Below, piece after piece: positions 56,264-64,000 of a stretch of DNA of 64,000 nucleotides. Position 1 is the first letter of the stretch. Each line of letters opens with the position of its first letter. Under the pieces are notes generated by a model. That model saw nothing but the letters and a program-made list of their open reading frames with translations, did not search any database and had not been told where the DNA came from. A program made the position numbers and the translations under genes. This stretch comes from a virus: positions 129,797 through 193,796 of IMG/VR virus record IMGVR_UViG_3300022745_000628. The stretch is one strand, 5' to 3'.

Positions 56264-56797
56264 ATGTGGACTATTTATATCGCGCTACTGCACGCGGCAG
56301 CGCTTGTGCTCATAATTCGTGAGTTCGTCAGGTTTTTGTCTGGAGTTGTCGACAGAGAAGAGCAGCTCGAGAGAGTAACGGATATTGCGCATCTAAAAAA
56401 GATGTGGATGACTGCTGCGACAAATACAGATCTATCGCAAATAGCTATAGTAGCCGCCGCTGATTCGCCAGAAGGTACAAGTCACTCTGAGGAAGTACTG
56501 ATATCGCATCAAGCGCCCGCCGGTACTCGCGCGGTGCCAAGCAACAATAGAATTTTACGCGCAGCTGTTAAAGTAGATGACGTGCTGTATATCGGTAGAC
56601 GACACTGCAATTGTTTTGACGCTATGCGCAGGTTTAATATTTCTGTCGAGAAACGTGTCGGCGCTGTACAAGGTTTCGTAGATGGGCACTTCAAGTTCTT
56701 AACCAGAGCCGAGGCCTTAGTAATTGCAAAACAACACAACCAAATCATTAAGAAACATCCGCCTGAAGATGTGTTGCTTAGTGAAGATATTTATTGA
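56264..56797 (+). CDS. conserved phage hypothetical protein with N-terminal TM
   Basis: GRRHCNC...QGFVD...FLTRAEA...LLSEDIY motif. Confidence 0.7.
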   Translation: MWTIYIALLHAAALVLIIREFVRFLSGVVDREEQLERVTDIAHLKKMWMTAATNTDLSQIAIVAAADSPEGTSHSEEVLISHQAPAGTRAVPSNNRILRAAVKVDDVLYIGRRHCNCFDAMRRFNISVEKRVGAVQGFVDGHFKFLTRAEALVIAKQHNQIIKKHPPEDVLLSEDIY

Positions 56798-56805
56798 GGT
56801 TCAGC

Positions 56806-57831
56806 ATGTTCGGATGGTTCAAAAAAGAAGCAATAGCAGCTGATCAGCCAGTTGTAAGTCAGGAAACCGAGACGGTCGAAACGGTTTATCCAGTTCCGGA
56901 AAATATCGTAGGCAAGGTTTACGAACTGTACGATGCTATAGACGAGAAACCTACAAGTTTGTCAGCCAAGTACCAGTTCTGGAAGTTTCTGGAAGATGCA
57001 ATTCCGGAATTAACGCCTGGGCCCGTACCACAAACCCTTATATTTAAATTCAAGGGTAAACTAACGTTTCCAGAGGTAGTTAAGACTGTCGTCAGGCCGA
57101 AAGTCGATACCGTCGATGACGGTATCGACGATGCCGACGTGTTGGATGACGCTGTGGCAGAGAGCGGCGCTTCCGAACTTCTACCGGCATATACGTGGTC
57201 GCTACCGCCTTGGGTAGTTTTAGACTGTCGGCAACTAGGCGAAGAGTCCATCGCAATAGCTTCAGCTCAGAGTGCAGCTGATGCATCGATCGTGTGCCGC
57301 ATTAAAAACGAAGTAAGTGGCAAGCCGCTAACCGCTGAAGATGTGGCTAACGCGCAACTTATCGCAGCTGCCCCGAAATTGTATCAGGAGCTCGACGAAG
57401 TACTTACCCTTCTGTACCATCTTGAAGACCTGTTTCCGGACGCCTCGGGGTCTTCAGAAGCAGCGGATGCCGTGCCGCGGAATAAGATTAACGCGCATAT
57501 AGCCAAAATTGAAATAGCTTTAAAGGCGGAAGTCGCGGATATTGCAGAAACACCAGCCGCGGCGGTGTCAACAGAATCTCTTGCATCTGTCGCGGCTGCG
57601 CCGAACACGCATATGTCGTTCGAAGACTGGTGTGATTATGTAGCTATTATTGCCGGACCGAGATCTAAAGAACTCCGGTTAGGGCAGCACGCGTTTAACA
57701 CATTGCAGACTAGAAACCCGTCTATTGCTTCGCGTATAGTTACCACCGAATACGATCCGTTTTATGTCGATGCGCGTATGCCGCTTTTTCTAAAGCGTGT
57801 ATTAGATTTTGTAACTGTTCTTTATTCTTAA
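56806..57831 (+). CDS. hypothetical mosaic protein
   Basis: GAGGT RBS; contains ANAQLIAAAPKL, a common phage motif. Confidence 0.7.
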   Translation: MFGWFKKEAIAADQPVVSQETETVETVYPVPENIVGKVYELYDAIDEKPTSLSAKYQFWKFLEDAIPELTPGPVPQTLIFKFKGKLTFPEVVKTVVRPKVDTVDDGIDDADVLDDAVAESGASELLPAYTWSLPPWVVLDCRQLGEESIAIASAQSAADASIVCRIKNEVSGKPLTAEDVANAQLIAAAPKLYQELDEVLTLLYHLEDLFPDASGSSEAADAVPRNKINAHIAKIEIALKAEVADIAETPAAAVSTESLASVAAAPNTHMSFEDWCDYVAIIAGPRSKELRLGQHAFNTLQTRNPSIASRIVTTEYDPFYVDARMPLFLKRVLDFVTVLYS

Positions 57832-57852
57832 TAATTTTGCGGAGTTTGTAAC

Positions 57853-58425
57853 ATGTGTGATACAAAAACAGAAACATACCTGGTGTATCAGTCTGGGCAG
57901 TATAGCATAGCCAGTGCTATAACTATCTTCACTTTTCTCGCCGGGGTGTGCGTAGTTTTGCTGGCGCAAAGCATAACGCCGGATCGGGTAACTCGGGATT
58001 TACACGAAGAATTGCAAAAAGAGTTGGCACTTGAGATGTTAGGACATCGCGTGTTGCCAGGTCCGTGTTTGGATACGCCCGAGATTAAAAACGAGCTGTA
58101 TACGTCGGTGCCCGAGATACACAAGTTATTCGTGGTGTACGTTGCAAACAATGTTACTGGCGAGGCGGTGCACGGATATGTGTATACCGATAAATCGCAA
58201 GCAATTGAAATTGCAAAAGGCCGAGGTAGCAACGGGGCTAATGCTGCTGTAGTAGAGCGCCGAGGGTTCATATTTAATATGACACCGTATTTGTTGAGGG
58301 AATCGAACTTGTTGCCGCTTAACGGCATACCTGACGATGTGTTGACGCATAAAGCTGACGCGCTGTTTAAGTTAACAGATGCCGAAAAAGCAGCTTTAAA
58401 TCTGTCTAAGATTGGAGATAAGTAA
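57853..58425 (+). CDS. hypothetical protein with one TM
   Basis: GGAG RBS; 190 aa. Confidence 0.7.
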   Translation: MCDTKTETYLVYQSGQYSIASAITIFTFLAGVCVVLLAQSITPDRVTRDLHEELQKELALEMLGHRVLPGPCLDTPEIKNELYTSVPEIHKLFVVYVANNVTGEAVHGYVYTDKSQAIEIAKGRGSNGANAAVVERRGFIFNMTPYLLRESNLLPLNGIPDDVLTHKADALFKLTDAEKAALNLSKIGDK

Positions 58426-58427
58426 TT

Positions 58428-58934
58428 ATGCCTGATGGTAATGAAGTGCTTACCAAAATTTCACAAATGCACGGCACGATTACACAAGCAAAGGCTATGG
58501 CGCCTGATCTGTGTGTCGAGCTGTTGCGCGAGGATTTGGTGGGCAATGCTATGCTAGTAGCAGCTAGCGCAATAGGTTGTGCCATACTTATTGCATTAAA
58601 AGTAGCGCTAAACAACTGGACAAAATCCGCAAGTGTTGCACAAATGGCTGGGCCGTTCAAAAATGTTGTGTCCGTGTCCGCTGCAATTGCCACCGGAGGG
58701 TTAGCACTATTTGGTTTGGTATTATTAACCGGGGTCGCCGTAGGTGTTTACTGCGTAGTGTTAACCACTATGGCTCCGGACGCACGGCTTTACGATTTAA
58801 TACAGAATAAACAGACAGGCAGTCCATTTGCTGATATGGGCAGTGGAGCAGCTGCTAATAGTCCGGATGGTCAGCCAAATATCATACCCAGGCCTGATCG
58901 AAACCACTACTCTTCGGATGCTTGGCGTAGGTAA
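58428..58934 (+). CDS. membrane protein
   Basis: Two long hydrophobic segments. Confidence 0.7.
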   Translation: MPDGNEVLTKISQMHGTITQAKAMAPDLCVELLREDLVGNAMLVAASAIGCAILIALKVALNNWTKSASVAQMAGPFKNVVSVSAAIATGGLALFGLVLLTGVAVGVYCVVLTTMAPDARLYDLIQNKQTGSPFADMGSGAAANSPDGQPNIIPRPDRNHYSSDAWRR

Positions 58935-58993
58935 CTATTACGTGACCGTACTTTTTCCAAGCCGCAGTTTGTCGCTAACACAAAATATGGAGC

Positions 58994-59014
58994 GAACAGC
59001 GTAAAACGCTGTTC
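58994..59014 (+). promoter_or_regulatory. hairpin between a distant SD and the start codon
   Basis: GAACAGCGT-AAA-ACGCTGTTC; GGAG at 58989-58992; ATG at 59024. Confidence 0.5.
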
Positions 59015-59023
59015 TTGTTGATA

Positions 59024-59398
59024 ATGGGAATGTTTGATTATCTGTACTGCAATTTGCAATTACCGTTGCCAGGTTTGGAAGCCACGCTATTTCAAACCAA
59101 ATCATGCGAGTGTAATATGGATGTATTGCGTATCGCTACTGATGGTGCATTGCAGATAGTGCAGCGGTTTGGGTCAGGGTGGGCTAAATCTGACGATGTG
59201 TGCGTGTGTAATGGCGAAATAGTATTTTACACAGCGTTCGCTCGTCGCGAAGATTCCGCTATAGCTGCGTTTGGTTACGAGTGGGTAGAATTCTGCGCCG
59301 CTGTATCCGACAGGAAAGTAACCGGTATACGGCTGGTCAAAGTGAGATACGTTGGCGAGCCTACTCCGCCGATTGCAAATTCGCTTGAAGAGTGGTAG
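59024..59398 (+). CDS. conserved phage hypothetical protein
   Basis: MGMFDY..C..PLP...FQTKS..C.M....I..DG motif. Confidence 0.7.
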   Translation: MGMFDYLYCNLQLPLPGLEATLFQTKSCECNMDVLRIATDGALQIVQRFGSGWAKSDDVCVCNGEIVFYTAFARREDSAIAAFGYEWVEFCAAVSDRKVTGIRLVKVRYVGEPTPPIANSLEEW

Positions 59399-59411
59399 CG
59401 TGGCTACTATA

Positions 59412-59440
59412 TAGACAATCAATACATAACGTGTTATCGT
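59412..59440 (+). promoter_or_regulatory. sigma70-type promoter
   Basis: TAGACA-17-TATCGT with an extended -10 TG. Confidence 0.55.
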
Positions 59441-59476
59441 AAAGGCCGAGATTTTAACATTACTCGGAGCGATAAC

Positions 59477-60055
59477 ATGGAAACGTTTGATTTTGATGCG
59501 GACGGATCACAATCCGAGCTTCTGGCCGATTATTTAGAAATAATTGAAGAAGACTCGGAAGATGAGATAGACGAGAGTACACTGGTTGAGCCAGACAGGT
59601 CTACGAATTTTCGACCGGGTACAGCCGGAAAAATTCAAGAATTGCGGCGACGTGCCGATGCAGGAATGCGATTATGGCATCCGCAAGATGAAAAAGATTT
59701 AAGTAGGCTAACGGCAGACGCTAGATTTGTACCGTTAGCTAGGGTTGAGCCCTTAACATATTACACAGTGGATTGGCGAAAAGTGGCACTCACTTTAGCT
59801 AAGTCCAAAGGTACTTCAGCCGTTATAGCCTTATCGGATGCGCCAACAACTCGCATCAAGATATTTGAAAACGGCCGTCCATACTATTTAGAAATAATGC
59901 CACTGAGCAGTACTAGCAGATTTTTACTGATTATTGACTCAACTGAGTCTTATGATTGCTCGGAAATTGAAGACCGATCCGAATGGGCAGACGCCGCAAT
60001 ATGGCCGGCTGCCGCTTCAGACATTTTGAACTTGGAGAGACTTGTAAATGGCTAA
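59477..60055 (+). CDS. hypothetical protein with a motif recalled from Planctomycete proteins
   Basis: STNFRPGTAGKIQELRRR...GMRLWHPQD. Confidence 0.7.
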   Translation: METFDFDADGSQSELLADYLEIIEEDSEDEIDESTLVEPDRSTNFRPGTAGKIQELRRRADAGMRLWHPQDEKDLSRLTADARFVPLARVEPLTYYTVDWRKVALTLAKSKGTSAVIALSDAPTTRIKIFENGRPYYLEIMPLSSTSRFLLIIDSTESYDCSEIEDRSEWADAAIWPAAASDILNLERLVNG

Positions 60056-61208
60056 GAAAGCAGCAAGAAAAGCTAAAGCATCCGAAAGCGTTTCGGAACC
60101 AACAGCTGATGCAGTAACCGATACCGCTACCGCAGCCGCGGCTGCGCCGCCGGCAGAACGAGTTACGGAGCGTCCACCCGGACCTCTGACGGACGAAGAA
60201 AAGGAGCGGATGCAGAAGATCTCCGATTACTGGGTAAGCGTCACGTACAAGACCGGACGCACCGATCAAGAGGAGCTCCAAAAAGCAATTGGCGCGTTGT
60301 ACGCTATGGTTGATCACAAACAACCGCCAACATATGTTTGCGAATCGCCATATACGCTCGCAGTGGCGTCAGTGATTTGCACAAGATATTGGCGCGAAGT
60401 TGAAGTGGGTAACCACTTGAAAGCGTACAACGATGTCTTGGCTGCGCTGGACGAGCTCGGCTCCGAGCCACAGCGTCCGCACATTGAACGAGCTGTGCGC
60501 GCTGTTCTGCCGCTGCCGACTACTGAAGAAGCAGTCAAAGCATTGAAAAATGGTACACGTGCGGCAAGTACAACGACTATCAGCTTGGGCGATTATCTGG
60601 CCGGCGGTAACTTTTGGCCAGCGTTGCCAGCATTCTACGATGCTTGTTACGAAGTTCTCGGATTGCGACTCGATTGCTTCAACTATTTCCCGTTCTGGCG
60701 GCGAGCAGCGGAGTTGAGCGGTTATCGATGGGTGCACCAAGAGTTCTGCATCGTTTGCGATTTCCCTGATGTTCTGCAAGTTAACGAAGAATATCAGCCG
60801 CATAACGAAAGCGGACCGTCGCACGCGTGGTCTGATGGTTGGGCCTTGTGGCATATTAACGGCCACAAGATGTCTGAGAAAATCGTCATGCGTCCGCATG
60901 AGATTACAGTTGATGAAATTCACGCCGAGCAGAATAACGACATCCGCTCGATCATGTTGGACCGCAAGGGTTGGCCGAATTACATCCGAGAGGCCAAACT
61001 CGAGCCAGTGGATACTTACGTAAACGAAGTTGAAAACGATTCTCGTGAAGCGCTGTTCAAAACACCGTTCGGACAAAAGGTACTTCTCGTAACCTGTCCG
61101 ACTGGTCGAATGTTCGCGCTGCCGGTAGTCGATTCGCGTAACACGTGCAAGGAAGCGCGCGAATGGATTCACGGTGATAAGCCGTTGAATATCATCGGCC
61201 GCACATAA
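60048..61208 (+). CDS. DUF6745-like protein
   Basis: HNESGPS..WSDGW.LW..NG, I..EQN.DIR..M....G, VTCPTGR.FALPV...TC.EA..W. Confidence 0.75.
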   Translation: MAKKAARKAKASESVSEPTADAVTDTATAAAAAPPAERVTERPPGPLTDEEKERMQKISDYWVSVTYKTGRTDQEELQKAIGALYAMVDHKQPPTYVCESPYTLAVASVICTRYWREVEVGNHLKAYNDVLAALDELGSEPQRPHIERAVRAVLPLPTTEEAVKALKNGTRAASTTTISLGDYLAGGNFWPALPAFYDACYEVLGLRLDCFNYFPFWRRAAELSGYRWVHQEFCIVCDFPDVLQVNEEYQPHNESGPSHAWSDGWALWHINGHKMSEKIVMRPHEITVDEIHAEQNNDIRSIMLDRKGWPNYIREAKLEPVDTYVNEVENDSREALFKTPFGQKVLLVTCPTGRMFALPVVDSRNTCKEAREWIHGDKPLNIIGRT

Positions 61209-61255
61209 CTGTAAGAAGCATAGCCGCAGAGTTTTAATCACTTATCGGCTTATAC

Positions 61256-61558
61256 ATGCCTAAACCATGCTCTTTTCGAGATGAATTGCAACATACACTT
61301 TTTCAACTAGACTTGTCTGCCGGTAAAGTAGCAGACTTGTCTCCGATGCTGGCACGTGTCGCTGAGCATTCTGGCGGAAACACCGCCAAACTGGTTGATG
61401 AGGTGTGTGTACAAATTACTGCTCCGGCTGCGACGAACTCGCCAAAAACAGTGGCGACTATACTTATAAACCTGGCAAATCGCAGCTTATTGCCGATAAC
61501 GTACGGTTTTCGGCAGGTTATTAAACTTTTTCGGAATAACTTGCGTAATACCCATTGA
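61256..61558 (+). CDS. hypothetical protein
   Basis: 100 aa, weak RBS. Confidence 0.4.
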   Translation: MPKPCSFRDELQHTLFQLDLSAGKVADLSPMLARVAEHSGGNTAKLVDEVCVQITAPAATNSPKTVATILINLANRSLLPITYGFRQVIKLFRNNLRNTH

Positions 61559-61601
61559 TTTAGTATTGCGGCGGATATCGTAAAGCAGTTTAATTAGGTA
61601 G

Positions 61602-61617
61602 CCAACTGCGCAGTTGG
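61602..61617. promoter_or_regulatory. perfect 16-bp palindrome CCAACTGCGCAGTTGG
   Basis: Intergenic, upstream of the DUF6745 partner gene. Confidence 0.5.
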
Positions 61618-61733
61618 AGCCAATAGTTTGGATGTAAGACGTACGTTGCGTAAATTGGTTGGATATACTGCCACAATCAATTTTTTACGCTAAAATTGGA
61701 CAGAACACTTTTTTTCTGACGGAGTTTTAAATT

Positions 61734-62306
61734 ATGGCTAAACAAGCCAACGCTTCAAGTTTGCAAACCGACGAAATCTTGCGAGGAATGGAAGAGCACA
61801 TCGCTGAAATCCGTTCCGGGAAAAACGGAAAATACGTCGCTGGTAACGCTCAGGAGTTCTCGCCAGCCGCAAGCTGCAACGACCGATGGAGCAAGAAACC
61901 AAAGACCGGCCCGGACACGATTGCGCAAGGCGACTTGCTGATCGCGATTTTCCGAGAAATTCCGGAAGGGTTCAAGTCCGGTGACGAGCTCGTCATCAAC
62001 AAGAAAGACATTCCAAAGGACTTCACGGAAATCACTCCGTTGATGCCAACGCACATGCAACTTGTGCCAGGCAACACCGAAGGCGCTAAGCACTGCTTGG
62101 CACACTTGGAAGGCGTCCGAATGTTTCGCCCGGCGAACTGGAACGAAGAATCGCTCGAAGGGCCGATCTTGGCTTTCTCGAAGGCAAACGCGATTGTGCA
62201 CCCAGTGCACGGAAACGTAACGATTCCCGCAGGATTCATCTGCGATATCAATTACGACCGTCAATGGGACGTCGAGCAACGCAAGGAAGCACGCGCCCGC
62301 GATTAA
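61734..62306 (+). CDS. conserved partner of DUF6745-like proteins
   Basis: AQGDLLI, GNTEGAKH, HPVHGNVTIPAG and RQW motifs; GGAG RBS. Confidence 0.7.
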   Translation: MAKQANASSLQTDEILRGMEEHIAEIRSGKNGKYVAGNAQEFSPAASCNDRWSKKPKTGPDTIAQGDLLIAIFREIPEGFKSGDELVINKKDIPKDFTEITPLMPTHMQLVPGNTEGAKHCLAHLEGVRMFRPANWNEESLEGPILAFSKANAIVHPVHGNVTIPAGFICDINYDRQWDVEQRKEARARD

Positions 62307-62336
62307 TTTCCGGCGTAGGCTGATTTGACAAACTTG

Positions 62337-62372
62337 GAAAAGGGCCCGGAGTTTACGCTTCGGGCCCTTTTT
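62337..62372. terminator. bidirectional-type intrinsic terminator
   Basis: AAAAGGGCCCGGA/TTCGGGCCCTTTTT. Confidence 0.8.
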
Positions 62373-62505
62373 ATTGCTGGAATAACTATATGGCATGAGC
62401 GTAAAGTGCATATTTTGGCTGCTGCAGCGCGGCAGCGTTTTCTATTGAATATGTAATTTAAGTTATTGCCACCTATTTTAATTCAGCGACAATTGTAGGG
62501 TTTCC

Positions 62506-62757
62506 GTGTCGCAAGGCACGGAAGCCTATTTTTTTACTACAGAGGTGCTTATGGATTTGAAAAAATTGCAGAGCGCTCGCGATAAGCTAGACAGCAAGCT
62601 TTCCCATAAAAAATGCAGCAAGTGTTTGCGCGGGATAGAGTGTCGCAAAGGGCAGTTGTGGTGCACAATTCAGAAATACGACACGGACTTGCGATTGTTA
62701 GTGTTCGAAACAGTGCGAGCTGATCACAGTTGCACAGCGTTTATAGCTCGTGGTTAG
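62506..62757 (+). CDS. small Cys-containing hypothetical protein
   Basis: CSKC...C...WC motif; start uncertain. Confidence 0.5.
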   Translation: MSQGTEAYFFTTEVLMDLKKLQSARDKLDSKLSHKKCSKCLRGIECRKGQLWCTIQKYDTDLRLLVFETVRADHSCTAFIARG

Positions 62758-62864
62758 TGACGAAATTGTAAATAAGTAACATGCGGCAGTGCTTTTCAAT
62801 AGCAACTATTTCTGCCAAAATAATACTAGGTGTTAGCGAAATTCAACGAAAGCGCAGGTTGCTC

Positions 62865-63341
62865 ATGACCAAGAAATCAGAAAAAGCGAAGCCGTATACC
62901 GCGTACGTGTTTGTGAAATGGACGAGATATACATACGAAGAGCTCAAGGCTTTGCTGGATATGATGGACGCTCCGGACATGGAATTCGAGATGGAGCAGG
63001 AAAAGCCGGAATTCGAGCCAGAGGCTGAAGACGAAGAAGATTGCGATATGGTTCTAGGCATGGAACATACGACAATCAGTCAGGTTATTAGTTTGGAGAT
63101 ACCCGGACTCGAAGACGTGCAAAAAGAAGATCAGCAAGCGCTGTTTGTGTCCGCGTTGTTACCGGTAGTGCAGCAGAATGAACTGTGGTGCGGCGGCGAT
63201 GTGCCAGAGATTCTCGAATCCGGCAAAAACATCCTTTGGACTTGTCAAGCGTGTTCCACTAGCGAAGCGATATACAATGAATACCGCTCGCGTGCGACTA
63301 TGTTTGACAGCGCAGCCGCTCCGGCGCGGCCTGGACGCTAG
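62865..63341 (+). CDS. acidic hypothetical protein
   Basis: ATG at 62865; E/D-rich middle. Confidence 0.65.
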   Translation: MTKKSEKAKPYTAYVFVKWTRYTYEELKALLDMMDAPDMEFEMEQEKPEFEPEAEDEEDCDMVLGMEHTTISQVISLEIPGLEDVQKEDQQALFVSALLPVVQQNELWCGGDVPEILESGKNILWTCQACSTSEAIYNEYRSRATMFDSAAAPARPGR

Positions 63342-64000
63342 TTCAACGACTTTAATGCGCGAAGCACCTGTGCGATAGCCGGGTGCCGCATGTTATCGGA
63401 TTCCGTAAAGTACTGAATACCTACGCAATTTAAGCACTTTACGGCCTCAATAAACCTAGGAAAACCACCTATGTTGCGGGTATCTTGTTCAGGATCTCCG
63501 CATAAAATCATTGAGCTTCCGATACCTAGTCGCGTGACAATAGCACGAAATTCGTCTATGTCCATGTTCTGAACTTCGTCGACTATAACTACGGTACGTT
63601 CAAACGTCATACCTTGCACGTGGCATAGCGGGTGGCAGGAGATAATGCCTTCTGGCAACCCAAGTTTTTTGGCAATAGCGAAAATTGGTCCGGTATAAGG
63701 CGCCATTTTTTCGCTAGTCGTGCCCGGTATGTAACCTATTTTGGAGCGACCCATCTCTAATGGACTGCGTACGAACGCAATTTTGTCTACTTTGTGTGTA
63801 CGCAGCATCTCGCTAGCCCAGGCGAGCGCCACGTACGATTTGCCGGTGCCAGCGCAGCCGGACAATACTACGATTGGTTTAGCATCCAATAACTCCAAAG
63901 CCGATGTCTGGCTAGCGTTGAATTTAGATTTTGCTGGCGGCTGGCGCGATTGCGCGGTAGCGCCAATTACGCCAATATCTTCAGGATCAACACTAGTGCC
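63338..64000 (-). CDS. phoH: PhoH-like ATPase (5'-truncated)
   Basis: SGCAGTGKS, IGYIPG..SEKMAPY, QGMTF, VDEVQN, RLG and CGDPEQ.D motifs; frame open to the window edge. Confidence 0.92.
   Translation of the reverse strand, partial: GTSVDPEDIGVIGATAQSRQPPAKSKFNASQTSALELLDAKPIVVLSGCAGTGKSYVALAWASEMLRTHKVDKIAFVRSPLEMGRSKIGYIPGTTSEKMAPYTGPIFAIAKKLGLPEGIISCHPLCHVQGMTFERTVVIVDEVQNMDIDEFRAIVTRLGIGSSMILCGDPEQDTRNIGGFPRFIEAVKCLNCVGIQYFTESDNMRHPAIAQVLRALKSLN

Noticed and set aside
60369-62411. Long minus-strand ORFs 60369-61241 and 61755-62411
   Set aside because: Antisense shadows of motif-bearing + strand genes; no motifs or RBS of their own.
1-64000. Alternative genetic code (stop-codon reassignment)
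   Set aside because: Core genes are full length in code 11, and TAA, TAG and TGA all end genes at tightly coupled junctions.
1-64000. Reverse transcriptase systems (DGR, retron, group II intron) and integrase
   Set aside because: No YxDD RT motif, template/variable repeat pair or tyrosine/serine recombinase motif recognised by eye; a profile search could still overturn this.

Overview
This window is an internal piece of a large dsDNA tailed-phage genome (standard genetic code, gene-dense, mostly + strand; both end ORFs are truncated). The host is probably a Planctomycete; this is an inference from recalled protein families. In order, the window holds: tandem paralogous Cys-rich structural-like genes and two duplicated glycosyltransferases (1-6.6 kb); a Ycf46-type AAA+/DUF1257/DUF2997/DUF3150-like module, a GP88-like gene and a CsrA-like gene (8.5-14.2 kb); and a minus-strand GpA-type terminase large subunit (16.5-18.3 kb). 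A ~0.9 kb non-coding locus follows (20.0-20.9 kb). It has a C-free AATGT tract, G.U-containing stems and three mutually crossing 20-24 bp inverted-repeat pairs, and is followed by a degenerate Rep-like gene. Next is a long replication/recombination block (23.5-45 kb): Mre11/Rad50-like, SF2 helicase, DnaB-like helicase with a class 3 intein, primase, UDG-fused PolA, SSB-like, RecA-like and resolvase genes. The window ends with a probable portal gene (49-51 kb) and an accessory region (SprT-like, phosphoesterase, mini GGQ release factor, DUF6745-like pair, PhoH). One irregular tRNA-like gene is present. All family names come from motif recognition by eye; no database search was run. The most unusual signal is the ABC-A'B'C' crossing-repeat element at 20365-20549.
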